Shown: positions 30,499 to 41,260 of the stretch, in pieces
How the letters are laid out: each line of letters starts with the position of its first letter
How positions within the stretch are numbered: the first letter of the stretch is position 1
Source of the DNA: an uncultured delta proteobacterium
GTDB lineage: Bacteria; Desulfobacterota; Binatia; Binatales; Binataceae
Assembly (NCBI GenBank): GCA_963808235.1
Contig: CAWEEQ010000001.1
Span: forward strand, 1 to 64,000
Direction: 5' to 3'
DNA: 64,000 bases
Translations under genes and position numbers: made by a program
Notes under the pieces: model-generated
The model's database searches: none
What the model was told of the DNA's origin: nothing
The model's input: the letters and a program-made list of their open reading frames with translations, nothing else

Positions 30499-31215
30499 AT
30501 GAAGCTGTACGACGAACTTGCTGAGTGGTGGCCGCTCTTTTCCGCGTCCGCGAACTACGAGGAAGAGGCAGCGATCTTTGCGAAGCTGCTGATCGATTCC
30601 TGCCAGCCCGCGCCGCGAACGCTGCTCGAGCTCGGATCAGGCGGCGGCAACTGCGCATCCTGGCTAAAGCAGAGTTTCGAAATGACGCTCGTCGACGCGT
30701 CGCCGCAGATGCTCGCGGTCAGCCGCGTGCTTAATCCCGAATGCGAGCATCGCGAGGGCGACATGCGCACCGTCGATCTTGGACGCACATTCGACGCGGT
30801 CTTTATCCACGACGCGATCATGTACATGACGAGCAGCGCCGACCTGGCCGCGGCAATCCGCACCGCGTTTCGGCATTGCCGCGCGGGAGGAGTGGCGCTG
30901 TTCGTTCCGGACTGCGTGCGGGAAACGTTCGTCGAGGAGACTCGTCACGGAGGACACGACGGCGACGACGGCCGCAGCCTGCGCTACCTCGAATGGACTG
31001 TCGATCCGGATCCGACCGACACCACATATCGAACCGACTTCGCGATCATGCTGCGCGATCGCGGCGGCGACGCACGCGTCGTGCACGATAGTCACGTCGA
31101 GGGTCTCTTTCCGCGCGCCGAATGGATACACATCTTGCGCGAAGTTGGATTTGCCCCGAGCGTTACGAATGACAAGTGGGGACGGGAACTGTTCGTCGCA
31201 AAACGACCTGGGTAG
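30499..31215 (+). CDS. Class I SAM-dependent methyltransferase
   Basis: LLELGSGGG, VD.S..ML, GDMR...LGRTFDAV. Confidence 0.9.
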   Translation: MKLYDELAEWWPLFSASANYEEEAAIFAKLLIDSCQPAPRTLLELGSGGGNCASWLKQSFEMTLVDASPQMLAVSRVLNPECEHREGDMRTVDLGRTFDAVFIHDAIMYMTSSADLAAAIRTAFRHCRAGGVALFVPDCVRETFVEETRHGGHDGDDGRSLRYLEWTVDPDPTDTTYRTDFAIMLRDRGGDARVVHDSHVEGLFPRAEWIHILREVGFAPSVTNDKWGRELFVAKRPG

Positions 31216-31227
31216 AGAAAGGTATCG

Positions 31228-31653
31228 CTAGCCGGCGTTCATCAGTTTGATAACTTCGGCGCGGCCCCATTCGACTTCGGCCCGATGCCGATTGGCCATC
31301 GCAGTCAGGTAGTCGTGGATGGGGCCGTCCTCGGGCGCAAGCGCGAGCGCGACTTCGGTTTTGCGCGCGGCCCACTCCTGTCCCCGAGACATCAGGTTAA
31401 GGCGCTCGCGAATCGACGTGAGCGCGGCGACTTTGCCCGCGAACGGCCCGGTCTTGCTCGAGGGGACGCCGCCGTTGTCACGGATCAGCGCCTCGAGTTC
31501 CTCCGCGTTGCGCTGTTCCATCGCGCGTGAGCCGCCCAGGAATCTCTTCAGCTCGTCCTGCTCGACGTCCGTGATCAGGGTGCTAAGCGCGATCACGCCG
31601 GCGCGCTCGGACTCGAGCAAAAGATTGAGTGCGGCTTCCAGCGCAGCGTCCAT
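31228..31653 (-). CDS. Ferritin-like (DUF6306-like) hypothetical protein
   Basis: LN.LLESERAG...TG.F..KV...L..RGQ.W. Confidence 0.6.
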   Translation of the reverse strand: MDAALEAALNLLLESERAGVIALSTLITDVEQDELKRFLGGSRAMEQRNAEELEALIRDNGGVPSSKTGPFAGKVAALTSIRERLNLMSRGQEWAARKTEVALALAPEDGPIHDYLTAMANRHRAEVEWGRAEVIKLMNAG

Positions 31654-31677
31654 AGCGCGAACTTAGTTTGGGCACTT

Positions 31678-32037
31678 TCATTTGTACAGCATCCGAATCG
31701 ACGTGAGCAGCAGAAAGACACCGAAGATGCGGCGCAGCGTCGTCCCAGGTAGCTTCACTGCGTAAACCGCGCCGAGGTAGCCGCCGATCAGCAGGCCGGC
31801 GCCGAGCAGCAGCGCATAGGTCAAATTCAGATGGCCGTGCTTGTAGTACTCGTACGCGCCCAGAATTCCGACCGGTGGAAGCAGCGCGCCGAGTGAAGTT
31901 CCAACCGCGAGATGTTGATCGAATCCGAACAGCAGCACCAGCGCGGGCACGATCAGCACGCCGCCGCCCACGCCGACAAAGCCGCCCAGGATGCCGGCGA
32001 GCAGACCGATGACGAGAACGATCGCGATTTGGCCCAT
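31678..32037 (-). CDS. Half-size TauE/SafE (TSUP) family transporter
   Basis: GFVGVGGGVLIVP.L, A.GTSL; 4 TM segments. Confidence 0.85.
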   Translation of the reverse strand: MGQIAIVLVIGLLAGILGGFVGVGGGVLIVPALVLLFGFDQHLAVGTSLGALLPPVGILGAYEYYKHGHLNLTYALLLGAGLLIGGYLGAVYAVKLPGTTLRRIFGVFLLLTSIRMLYK

Positions 32038-32120
32038 GATGTGTCTCCAGAGCTGAGGAATTTCGCGAGCGTATCAGAACGCCGCCTGCAGATTGAAGAT
32101 GGGGATGCGCGCGAGAGCGG

Positions 32121-35100
32121 CTAGTCGATCGCCTGCCGCTCCGGCTCGTCGTCGTAAAACGGTTCGACCAGCTTGAGCCGCGAGGCCGGCTTGCGCAGAT
32201 CGCGGAACCAGTTCTCCATATCGTCGAACAGCGAGAAGGCGACCGGAGTGATCAGCAGAGTGATCAACAGACACAAGGTCTGCCCGCCGATCACCACCAG
32301 CGCGATCGCGCGGATAGAACTGTCGCCGGCGCCTTGCCCGATCGCGACCGGGATCATGCCGGCGACTAGCGCCGCCGTGGTCATCAGGATCGGCCGCAGC
32401 CGATCTCTGTTCGCGGTCAGGATCGCCTGGCGTCGCGGCAGTCCGGAGCGGATCAGATTCAATGTCTGATCGAGCTGCAAAATGGAATTTTTCTTCACGA
32501 TGCCGAACAGCAGCAGGATGCCGAGTGTCGAGAACAGCATCAGATGCTCGCCGGAACACGAACAGCGATATCAACGCGAACGGCACCGCGAGCGGCAACG
32601 ACAGCATGATCGTGATCGGATGGACAAAGCTCTCGAACTGCGCCGCCAGCACCATATACATGAAGATGATCGAAAGCAGGAACGCGATCACGAAGCCGCT
32701 TACCATCTCGCCGTAGATTTTGCTCTGCCCGCCGAACGCCGTGATGTATCCCGGCGGCAGATGAATCGAGCCGACTTCGCGAGTGACGGCGTCCATCACT
32801 TTGTTCATCGCGAATCCGGGCGCAAGGTTGAAGACGATTGCGATGTTGCGCTGCCGATCCTGCCGATCGATTTGCACTGGACCGGTGCCATGGGTCAGCG
32901 TCGCGACGTTGTCGAGCCGCACCTGCCCCACTTTTGTCGATGGAATCGTCAGACCCGCGACGACGACCGGGTTGTTGCGATCCTTGTCGGCCAGTTGCAG
33001 CCGCACGTCGTAAGTATCCTGCCCCTCGCGAAAGCGCGTGATCACATCGCCCTGCACCATCGTGCGCATCGTCTGCGCGATATCGTCCACGGAAACGCCG
33101 AGGTCCGCCGACTTGGTGCGATCGATATTCACCTGCAGCTCGGGAAGGCCGCCCTCGTAGCTGGAATCGAGATCGACGATGCCGGGAATTTTGCCGAGCC
33201 GCGCCATCAGATTGTCCGCGTACCCGCGCAGCGTTTCGAGATCGGGCCCGCGCATGTCGTATTCAACCGCGACGTCGCGAACGCCGCCTTGCTCCCAGGG
33301 CTTTACCGCATCGACGCTGATCCGCAGCGCCGGAAATGCGTCCATCAGTTTGCGCGCGTCGGCCATGATCACTTCCTGGCTGCGACGGCGCCGGTTGAGC
33401 GCAACCAATTTCGCATCGACTTGCGCCACGGTGACGCGATCGTCGCCGTTGGTATCGCCGACGGTCGTGAACAAATCGCGAACTTCGGGGATCGTGCGCA
33501 GCCGGTTCTCGATCTCGGCAACCACCGCATCGGTATGCGCGAGCGAGTATCCCGGCGGAGTACGGAGGTTCACCGCAAATTCGCTCGAGTCGTCGTCGGG
33601 CATGAAAGTCGCCCCCACCAGCCTGCCCAGAAATGGAATCGAGACGACCAGCGCTATCGAGACCGCGACGATCACCCATCGATGATCGAGCGACCAGCGC
33701 AGCGCGAGGTCGTAGTAGTCCTCGATCAAGCGGAAAATCTTCCACTCCTTGCTGCTATGCTTCGATCCGCGCGCCGCTTTCGATTTGAGGTAGCGCGAAC
33801 ACAGCATCGGGGTCAGCGTGAATGCGACCAGCAGCGACACCATGATCGAAAACGCCATCGTAAGCCCGAACGAATTCAGGAAACGGCCCATCACGCCGTG
33901 GATAAACGCGACCGGCACGAAAATCACCGCCAGTGACAGAGTTGTCGCGCTCACCGCGAGTCCGACCTCCGCCGTGGCGGCCTTCGCCGCCGCGATCGGA
34001 TCCATATTTTTTTCTTCGATAAAACGAAAAATATTTTCGAGCACAACTATAGCGTCGTCGATCACTATTCCGACCGAGAGCGTCAGTGCGAGCAGCGTCA
34101 TCCGGTTGAGCGTGAAGCCCATCCACAAAATGAGCGAATAAGTCGAAATGACCGAGACCGGAATCGCGACCGCCGCGATCAACGTCGAACGAATCGAGCC
34201 GAGGAAAAAGAAAACCACGATCGCGGCGCAGATTCCGCCCAGCACCAGATGCTCCTGCACGGTGTCGACCGCCTCGCGGATGAACTGCGAGGCATCGCGC
34301 GTGAAGATCACCTCGACGCCCGCCGGCAGCGTGCCCTTGATTGTCTCGAAGCGCTCCTTGACCCGATCCACGACCGCAATCGCGTTCTCGCCCGATTGCT
34401 TGCGCACCACCAGCGAGACCGCGTTCTTGTTGTCCCATCGCGACAGCGAGCGCGGCTCCTTGACCGAATCTTCCACCGTCGCCACGTCGCCGACCGTCAC
34501 CGGCTTGCCATCGATTTCGCTGACGATCACCTTCGCGAAGTCGGGAACCTCGGTGATACGCCCGAGCGTTCTCAGCATCTCTTCCGACATCCCCTGCTTC
34601 ATGCGGCCGCCGGGGTACTCGACGTTTTGCCGTGAGAGCGCCGCGCCGACTTGCTGAATCGTCGCGCCGGTCGCATGCAGCTTGTCGGCGTCGACGGAGA
34701 CGTGAATTTCGCGCTCGCGTCCGCCGACCAGATCGATCGAGCCGACTCCATCCACCGATTCGAGCGGTTCCTTGAGCCGCCGGCGAGCGATCTCCGTCAG
34801 TTCTTTCAGGCTCTGGTAGCCGGTGACAGTGATCGTGACCACCGGTACCGCGTCGAGGTCGAACTTCTGCACCAACGGCGGCTTGGTCCCTTCGGGTAGC
34901 TGATCGAGCACCGTCGAGATCTTGTCGCGCACGTCCTGAACCGCTGAGTCGAGATCGCGCTCAAGCTTGAACTGGATTATCACCCGCGAGACGCCTTCGA
35001 GCGTGTTCGAGCGCATCTCGTCGATACCGCTGACCGTGTTTACCGCTTCTTCAATTGGCTTGGTGACTCGCGCCTCGGTTTCCTCGGGCGCGGCGCCGGG

Positions 35101-35253
35101 CAAAAACGTCGTGACCATCACGGTCGGCACGTCGACCTTGGGAAACAGATCGACGCCGAGCCGCATGTACGAAAACCACCCGAGCACCACCAGCACGCCG
35201 ACAAACATCGTCGCGAAGACCGGACGGCGGACGCATAAGTCGGCGAGAATCAC
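32121..35253 (-). CDS. RND efflux permease (AcrB/AcrD/AcrF family), frameshift ~32550
   Basis: VRRPVFA, GIVIDDAIVVLEN, AAQFES..HP; C-terminus GIVKKNSIL, RLRPILMT in ORF 32121-32540. Confidence 0.93.
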
Positions 35254-36356
35254 GACTGCTCCCTGGCGATCACCGCGGTTCCGTCGGCAAGGCGATCGAC
35301 TTCGCTCACCGCGACCCGCTCGCCCTCCTTCAAGCCCGCAGTAATTTCAACCTGGTCGCCGACTACGCTGCCGGTAGTTACTTCGCGCGCGCGCACGACT
35401 CCATTCTCGACGATAAAAACGCGCGCCACGCCACCGTAGCGCAGCACCGCCAGGTTCGGTACGAACAACGCGCGGTCGCGCCCGAGATCCATCGTGACGT
35501 GCGCGAAAAATCCCGGCTTCAGCGCGCCGTCAGGATTGGCGACCTCCGCTTCGATCAGCAAAGTGCGGCTGCTCTCGTCGAGCGCCGGCGCAATTCGCGT
35601 GATCGTGCCGGTGTATGAAGCCCCGGGCTTCGCGTCGATCGTGAGCTTGACCAGCATCCCGACTTTCGCCAGCGGCACGAAGCGCTCCGGCATCGGGCAG
35701 CGCAGCTTGATCGGGTCGGTCGCGATCAGTTCGTAAATCTGCTTGCCCGGCGAAACGTATTCGCCGAGCGAGACCATGCGCTTTTGCACCGACGCATTGA
35801 ACGGCGCCTTGATTTCCGTGTCCTGGAGCTTCTTGCGCATCATCGCAAGCGTCTCTTGCGCCGATTCTGTGTCGGCTTGATCGACGTGCAACTGCGCCGC
35901 CATCTGATCGAACTGCTCGGCGGATATCATCGACGCTTCCTTGAGCCGCTCCGAACGACGGAAGCGCGCGGTCGAGTTGGCGAGCTTGGCGTGCTCCTGG
36001 TTGAGCGCGGCCTCCGCAGATTCCAGCCGCAGCTCATATTCGCGCGGGTTTATTTTGAGCATCACTTCGCGCGCGATCACCTTGTCGCCGAAGTCCGCAT
36101 CGACCTGCACAACCGCGCCCTCGACTTCGGACGAGATGACCGCATGCTCGCGCGCAAAGAGCGCGCCCTGCATCTCGGCGGTCCGATCCAGTGTCTGCTG
36201 ATGCGCGGCGGCGACCGCTATCGAGATTGGCGCCGGCCCGGTCTTGCTCGTGTCCACGTCGGCCGCGGCAGGCCTATGACATCCCGCAAGCGCCAACGCA
36301 CCCAACACGGACACGACAACAGCGAAGGCCGCGATATTGTGAAACTTGCCCCTCAT
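35250..36356 (-). CDS. RND periplasmic adaptor (membrane fusion lipoprotein)
   Basis: LAGC lipobox, IKAPF, LKPGFF. Confidence 0.92.
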   Translation of the reverse strand: MRGKFHNIAAFAVVVSVLGALALAGCHRPAAADVDTSKTGPAPISIAVAAAHQQTLDRTAEMQGALFAREHAVISSEVEGAVVQVDADFGDKVIAREVMLKINPREYELRLESAEAALNQEHAKLANSTARFRRSERLKEASMISAEQFDQMAAQLHVDQADTESAQETLAMMRKKLQDTEIKAPFNASVQKRMVSLGEYVSPGKQIYELIATDPIKLRCPMPERFVPLAKVGMLVKLTIDAKPGASYTGTITRIAPALDESSRTLLIEAEVANPDGALKPGFFAHVTMDLGRDRALFVPNLAVLRYGGVARVFIVENGVVRAREVTTGSVVGDQVEITAGLKEGERVAVSEVDRLADGTAVIAREQS

Positions 36357-36979
36357 CTAATCGCGCGCACTCCTTGCAGAAACAATTCGACAACCGCCTC
36401 GCCTTCCGACTCGAGCGGAGTGGACGCGAGTTTCAGAAGACGGCGGCGCAGCGAACCGGTAATCATCTCGCCGAGCATGAAAGCCGCAAATTTTGAATCG
36501 ATCGCACGAATCGCCCCGCGGTCGATAGCGTCCTGCAGCACCGAGGCGACGAAATCGAGATGGCCCGCATAGACGCGCATAAAATCGCGTCCGGCCTGCG
36601 ATTCGAGTTCGATATCGAGCGAATTGCCTATGATGAGCGTCTTGAGGAAATCCTGGTTCGACGCCTGAATCCGGTACTGCGCGAGTACAAGGTTGCGGAT
36701 TCGCTCGAGCGGCTGCAGCGTCGGGTCGTCAGAGCGAACGGTCTCGGCGACCATCTCGCGCAAACCCTCGAGCACCGCCGCGTGAACAAGCTCGTCCTTG
36801 CTCAAAAAGTATAGATAAATCGTGCCCTTAGCGACCTTGGCCTCTTCCGCGACGCGGTCGACCGTGGTCCCCTGCATGCCGTATCGCGCCATCACGCGAC
36901 GCGCTGCCTCGAGGATCTCACGGACCCGAAATTCTTTGATTACCTCTTCTTTCGTCACGGCGACTGGGCGTTCAGTCAA
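36353..36979 (-). CDS. TetR/AcrR family regulator
   Basis: VAEEAKVAKGTIYLYF.SK HTH. Confidence 0.92.
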   Translation of the reverse strand: MTERPVAVTKEEVIKEFRVREILEAARRVMARYGMQGTTVDRVAEEAKVAKGTIYLYFLSKDELVHAAVLEGLREMVAETVRSDDPTLQPLERIRNLVLAQYRIQASNQDFLKTLIIGNSLDIELESQAGRDFMRVYAGHLDFVASVLQDAIDRGAIRAIDSKFAAFMLGEMITGSLRRRLLKLASTPLESEGEAVVELFLQGVRAIR

Positions 36980-37045
36980 CTGAACGTGCAGTCAGTTTAG
37001 ACAAACCCGCAAAGTTGAGGCAAGACCAGGATTGAGCGGAGTCAG

Positions 37046-38017
37046 CTACGATTTTTCGATCTGATCGCCGAGAATTTCCGCCAGCCGCTCCGCCGGCAGC
37101 CGGCGCAAATCGGGTATCGCGAATCCCGACGCGGCCGCATGGCCGCCGCCACCGTAAACCTGCGCGAGCAGCGACAAGTCGATATCGCAATCGGCGCTCC
37201 GCCGTAGGCTGACCCCCTGGCTTCGCAGATCGAACAACGCAACCACCGTGCGATGCTGTCCCTTGTAAAGTTCGGCCGCTACTTCGCTGCTGTAGCCGAA
37301 GCAGCACGCGGTCCGCACGGTGACGCCGTTGTCGAGTTTGCGATCGACCATGGTCGCGTGGGCGAGCTCGACGCTGCGCCGCATCGCATCCTGCCCCGAC
37401 TCGAACGCATGGCGCAGCTTGCGGCTCATGCGCGGCTCGCGCAGCTTCAGAATTTCCCGGTACGACGAGCTCCCGCCGAGCGTCTGTACGGCAAGCGCCC
37501 AGTCGGACGATTCGGGAATTTTGTGGATCCAGCGATCGTGATCGTCGGCGATAAGCGCGAATGGCTGGAACGCCTCGAAGGCCTCGCGCCGGGCTTCGGG
37601 CAAATCGCGACTCATCCGCTTCAGGAAGTTGAAAGTCAGCCGCGCCGCCGAGTATTGCTCGGTCAGAACTTTGCCCGCGAATGGCACCTTGAACTCGGGC
37701 GCGTCGGCGCGCGAGACTGCGGTGCGATGATGATCGATCCAGTAAACGCTGGCGCCGCGGTCGGTGAGTTCGCGCAGATGCGCGCCGGTCTCCGGTGAGT
37801 TCCAGGACAGGTCGGTGATCCAGATTTCGTCGTCGGCGTCATCGGATTTCATAGCCAGCGCCTGGATCACGCGGTCCGCGTCGCTGTTGCCGGCGAGCGT
37901 CGTGAAAACTTTATGGCCATCGTAAAAGCGTGCGACCGCAGCCGCCGCCATCACCCCGTCGAGGCATGAGGGGCCGTGGCTGACGACCTGGATAGTGCGG
38001 GAAGTTTTGCCGGGCAT
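37046..38017 (-). CDS. DHH/DHHA1 family phosphoesterase
   Basis: CLDG, TDLS, IDHH, SLR, GGGHAAASG. Confidence 0.88.
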   Translation of the reverse strand: MPGKTSRTIQVVSHGPSCLDGVMAAAAVARFYDGHKVFTTLAGNSDADRVIQALAMKSDDADDEIWITDLSWNSPETGAHLRELTDRGASVYWIDHHRTAVSRADAPEFKVPFAGKVLTEQYSAARLTFNFLKRMSRDLPEARREAFEAFQPFALIADDHDRWIHKIPESSDWALAVQTLGGSSSYREILKLREPRMSRKLRHAFESGQDAMRRSVELAHATMVDRKLDNGVTVRTACCFGYSSEVAAELYKGQHRTVVALFDLRSQGVSLRRSADCDIDLSLLAQVYGGGGHAAASGFAIPDLRRLPAERLAEILGDQIEKS

Positions 38018-38611
38018 AAGAGAACGATTGTAGAGCAAACCCCCGCCACGAGCGAAACGCCGCCGCGCCGCGCGAGCCGCACGATCCGCGCGCAGATACC
38101 GAACGCGCTTAGCTCGCTTAGATTCGTGCTGGCCGCGCTATGGGTGGATTTCGCGATGCGCGCGCATCATGGACGCGTCGCATTCGCGATCATCGCGCTG
38201 CTCGCTGCGGGCAGCGATTTTATAGACGGGCGTATCGCACGGCGGCTCGGGACGGTGAGCGGGAGTGGGCGATGGCTCGACGGCGTCGCCGACGTGACGT
38301 TCGTGCTGGCGGCGATTTCTTGCGCGGCGGTTGCGGGCGCGATTCCTTTTTACATTCCAATTCTGATCGCGATCTCGTTCAGCCAGTACGTGATTGATTC
38401 GGTCGCGATCCAACGGGGCGCGTCGGGTCCAATCAAGAGCCGGCTAGGGCATTGGGGCGGGATCATCAACTATGCGATCGTGATCACGCTCGCGTTTGCG
38501 CCGCCGCCTTCTACGCCCGGCGCGATCGTCCGCGATTTCGCGCCCCTGATCGCGCTGTTCTATGTAGCGGCGATCTCGGAACGTGCCTGGCTCTTCTACC
38601 GTTCGCGCTAG
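37976..38611 (+). CDS. CDP-alcohol phosphatidyltransferase (start uncertain)
   Basis: PNALSSLR; DFIDGRIARR...G..LDGVAD signature. Confidence 0.88.
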   Translation: MADDLDSAGSFAGHKRTIVEQTPATSETPPRRASRTIRAQIPNALSSLRFVLAALWVDFAMRAHHGRVAFAIIALLAAGSDFIDGRIARRLGTVSGSGRWLDGVADVTFVLAAISCAAVAGAIPFYIPILIAISFSQYVIDSVAIQRGASGPIKSRLGHWGGIINYAIVITLAFAPPPSTPGAIVRDFAPLIALFYVAAISERAWLFYRSR

Positions 38612-39019
38612 CTACTGAAGATCGGCTTTGCGGCGGCTTAAAAGTATCGCCGTCCCCCAACTGAAAAGGAGCGCAAGAATCGAATAGACGATGCCGAAGA
38701 TCATCTCGGCCTGCGAAGCGGGCGTCGGATTCGTCGTGGTGTAAAGCGCGAGGTTGATTGTGACGTAGATCGCATACGCGAAGCCGAGGTACAGCGCGTA
38801 GCGGCGCATCCGCCAGATTCCGGCGGCATAAGTCAAAAGAATAATTCCCAGCACCGGCCCCAGGATCGCGTCGGGCGTGCCGCTGAGCCGTTTGCCAAAA
38901 AAGACCAGGCCCGTGGTCGCACCCTCGAGATGAAACGGCTTCAGGATGTCGGTTACTCCGAGAATCGCGAACAGTATCGCCAGGGTTGTGAGTGCGCCAC
39001 CGCGTCGGGAGTCAGCCAT
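38612..39019 (-). CDS. Hypothetical membrane protein (4 TM)
   Basis: Hydrophobic ORF with GGAGG RBS. Confidence 0.7.
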   Translation of the reverse strand: MADSRRGGALTTLAILFAILGVTDILKPFHLEGATTGLVFFGKRLSGTPDAILGPVLGIILLTYAAGIWRMRRYALYLGFAYAIYVTINLALYTTTNPTPASQAEMIFGIVYSILALLFSWGTAILLSRRKADLQ

Positions 39020-39076
39020 CGTCGTACCTCCGCGCACTTCGATGTAGTACGTTCGCGCCGATAGCGATAGACGCGC

Positions 39077-39865
39077 TTAGTGCTTGCCGTAGTCGAGCGG
39101 GGTGCCTTTGCGCTGTGCGAGGATGTACGCCTCGAGCGCGCGGAGTTTTGGATCGTTGGGATCAAACGCTTTGCCCTTGACCGGATTCTCGATACACCAG
39201 TCGATCATGTCGCGCAGCAGCGCCACCTTTTGTAGCTGTACCTGGTATTTCGGATAAGTCTCGGGATGCGTATTCGATGCGTCCGGATGGCACATGTCGC
39301 AGCTCACGCCGATCGTGCCGCCCAGTTCCTTGTCGCTGTGAAAGATACGCTTTCCTTCTGCGACGAAGTTGTCAGTCTCGTTCTTCCAGATCTTGTAGTC
39401 GCGATCAGTGAAGCTTGCGTAGGTGTCGCCCTGCTGAGTTCCCTTGGCGGGAGGCTTTGCTGCACCGGCGGCTGGCGCTGCAGAAGAGGGCGGCACTGGC
39501 GCCGGCGACTGGTCAGTCTGATGCTCTTGCTGAGGCTCCTGCGCCATCTCCCATTTTTCATTCGGATGCTCGCGCTGCCATTTTGCCATTAGCTCGCGCG
39601 TGACCTCGATCGCCTGCTGATGACTCATCGACTCGCCCGTCTTCAGGCCTTTCACCTCTAAGCTTGTCTTACCGTCACATAGCATCACGACCACATTGCC
39701 GTTCCTTGCCGCGGGCGCCTGATGGGTCGGGAGGGGCGAACTTTCCTGCGCGCGAATATTGCGCGGCGCGCAGATCGTGAGCGCGATCAAAAGCAATGTC
39801 GCGAATGCCGCGCGGGTTGCGAATCTGAGGTTTGGTCGGGTCATATTCGCCTTGCGGAAAATCAT
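39077..39865 (-). CDS. Exported monoheme c-type cytochrome, SoxA/TsdA-like His/Cys candidate
   Basis: Signal peptide, SCDMCH, TYPKY, IDWCIENP, LEAYI. Confidence 0.75.
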   Translation of the reverse strand: MIFRKANMTRPNLRFATRAAFATLLLIALTICAPRNIRAQESSPLPTHQAPAARNGNVVVMLCDGKTSLEVKGLKTGESMSHQQAIEVTRELMAKWQREHPNEKWEMAQEPQQEHQTDQSPAPVPPSSAAPAAGAAKPPAKGTQQGDTYASFTDRDYKIWKNETDNFVAEGKRIFHSDKELGGTIGVSCDMCHPDASNTHPETYPKYQVQLQKVALLRDMIDWCIENPVKGKAFDPNDPKLRALEAYILAQRKGTPLDYGKH

Positions 39866-41014
39866 TCAGTAACTCGCGAACTGCGGCGCGGGCGGTCGCG
39901 CAATCTTGCCGTGTGAAGTCAGGTAGTCGGCTTTTATCGTGACCGGATTGCGATCCCAGAGATTGTAAATCTTGTCGGCCAGGCCGTCGGGTCGGACATT
40001 GAAGTGGCCGTCGCCGAGGCCGTCGAACTGGTCGAACGGGTCGGCGCGGTTCATCTGAACCGTCAGCGTGGGCAGGCCGGTTGGTGCGTATGGCCATGGC
40101 CAGGCTGTGGAGAGCATCCCGTAGAAGCTGATGTTGCCAATCTGGTTCTGGAGCATCTGATGAGTATGGCCGTGGATCACCGTCACGTGTTTGTACGGTT
40201 TCAGAATTGCCTGCACCTGCTCACTGTCTTCGGTCCAGAAATTCCAGTTGCGGTAGTACTTGTAGAGAGGCGAGTGCGAGAACACCAGGAGCGGCGTGGT
40301 GTGCGGCACTTTGGCGAGATCGTCGGAGAGCCACTTGCGTTCGTCGTCGCCGACTTCGAAGCGCGACTGGATGCCGTTGTCAAGGCCGGCAACGGTTTGC
40401 ATCCGCTCCGCCGGAGTCATCTTGCGCGCGGTCCAGAAATCTTTTTCGTGCACGCTCATCAGGACGACGACATGCACGCCCTTCCAGTCGAACGAATAGT
40501 TGGGCGGACCGAACATCTCCTGCCACGCATCGCCGAGGTCGTAAAACCAGTCGTGCTCGCCGACCATCATCTTAACCGGCGCCTTCACTTCGGCGAGGAT
40601 TTGTTTGCCGAGGTCCAGTTCCTCGCGCCGTCCGAGCTGGGCGAGGTCGCCGCCGAACAGCACGAAGTCGGGTTGCGGATCGAGTGCGTTTACATCTTCG
40701 ACCGCCTTGACCGCTCCGCGCACGAAGCGCTGATTCAGAGTGCGCTGATAAAGATGGGTGTCCGATATGTAGGCGAAGGTGAACGGCGGCTTGCCGGCCA
40801 TCCCGGATGCGCTCGCGGTCTTGTCGGGCGCGGCGTTGGCGACGTCGACGAGCTGAAACGAATGCGGCGGCATCAGGCCTTTTGCCATCACGGCGCCGGC
40901 CGATGCGGCCAGTACCTTCAGAAATGTCCGGCGATCGAGCCGGCGCAGTCCTTTGAGGACCGCGTCTCGATCTTCCATGTATTTTGTTTCGACGCTTTTA
41001 TGCCGAGCAGCCAT
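39866..41014 (-). CDS. Tat-exported calcineurin-like metallophosphoesterase
   Basis: DRRTFLK Tat motif; SDTH, GGDL, GEHD, SHSP, HGHTH. Confidence 0.9.
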   Translation of the reverse strand: MAARHKSVETKYMEDRDAVLKGLRRLDRRTFLKVLAASAGAVMAKGLMPPHSFQLVDVANAAPDKTASASGMAGKPPFTFAYISDTHLYQRTLNQRFVRGAVKAVEDVNALDPQPDFVLFGGDLAQLGRREELDLGKQILAEVKAPVKMMVGEHDWFYDLGDAWQEMFGPPNYSFDWKGVHVVVLMSVHEKDFWTARKMTPAERMQTVAGLDNGIQSRFEVGDDERKWLSDDLAKVPHTTPLLVFSHSPLYKYYRNWNFWTEDSEQVQAILKPYKHVTVIHGHTHQMLQNQIGNISFYGMLSTAWPWPYAPTGLPTLTVQMNRADPFDQFDGLGDGHFNVRPDGLADKIYNLWDRNPVTIKADYLTSHGKIARPPAPQFASY

Positions 41015-41080
41015 TACGCTTGCCTTTTAGAGAGCTGTGTCCTGAGTGAGGTCGAGGTGTTTTGCGCCGAGAAAAATTCG

Positions 41081-41197
41081 GGATTCTTCGCTGCGCTCAG
41101 AATGACACAAAAAAGTGCGTCGGCCGGATCGAGCTGGATGCGGGCGCCCTCACGCGACGCATCGAAGACTCGCGTCGACCTCTCCCGAAGAGAGAGG
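41081..41197. repeat. REP-like palindromes
   Basis: GATTCTTCGCTGCGCTCAGAATGAC and CCCTCAC...GTCGACCTCTCCCGAAGAGAGAGG; relatives at 42945-43050 and 45212-45258. Confidence 0.65.
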
Positions 41198-41260
41198 CTA
41201 TCGGGAGCGACGGGTTGGAGGTTTATGTTTGTAGAGTTCATCAAATTGATTGCGTTCAGG

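Noticed and set aside
32482-33936. Long antisense ORFs (e.g. 32482-33936, 40004-41275, 55508-56806, 61024-62256)
   Set aside because: Shadow frames of well-supported genes in high-GC DNA.
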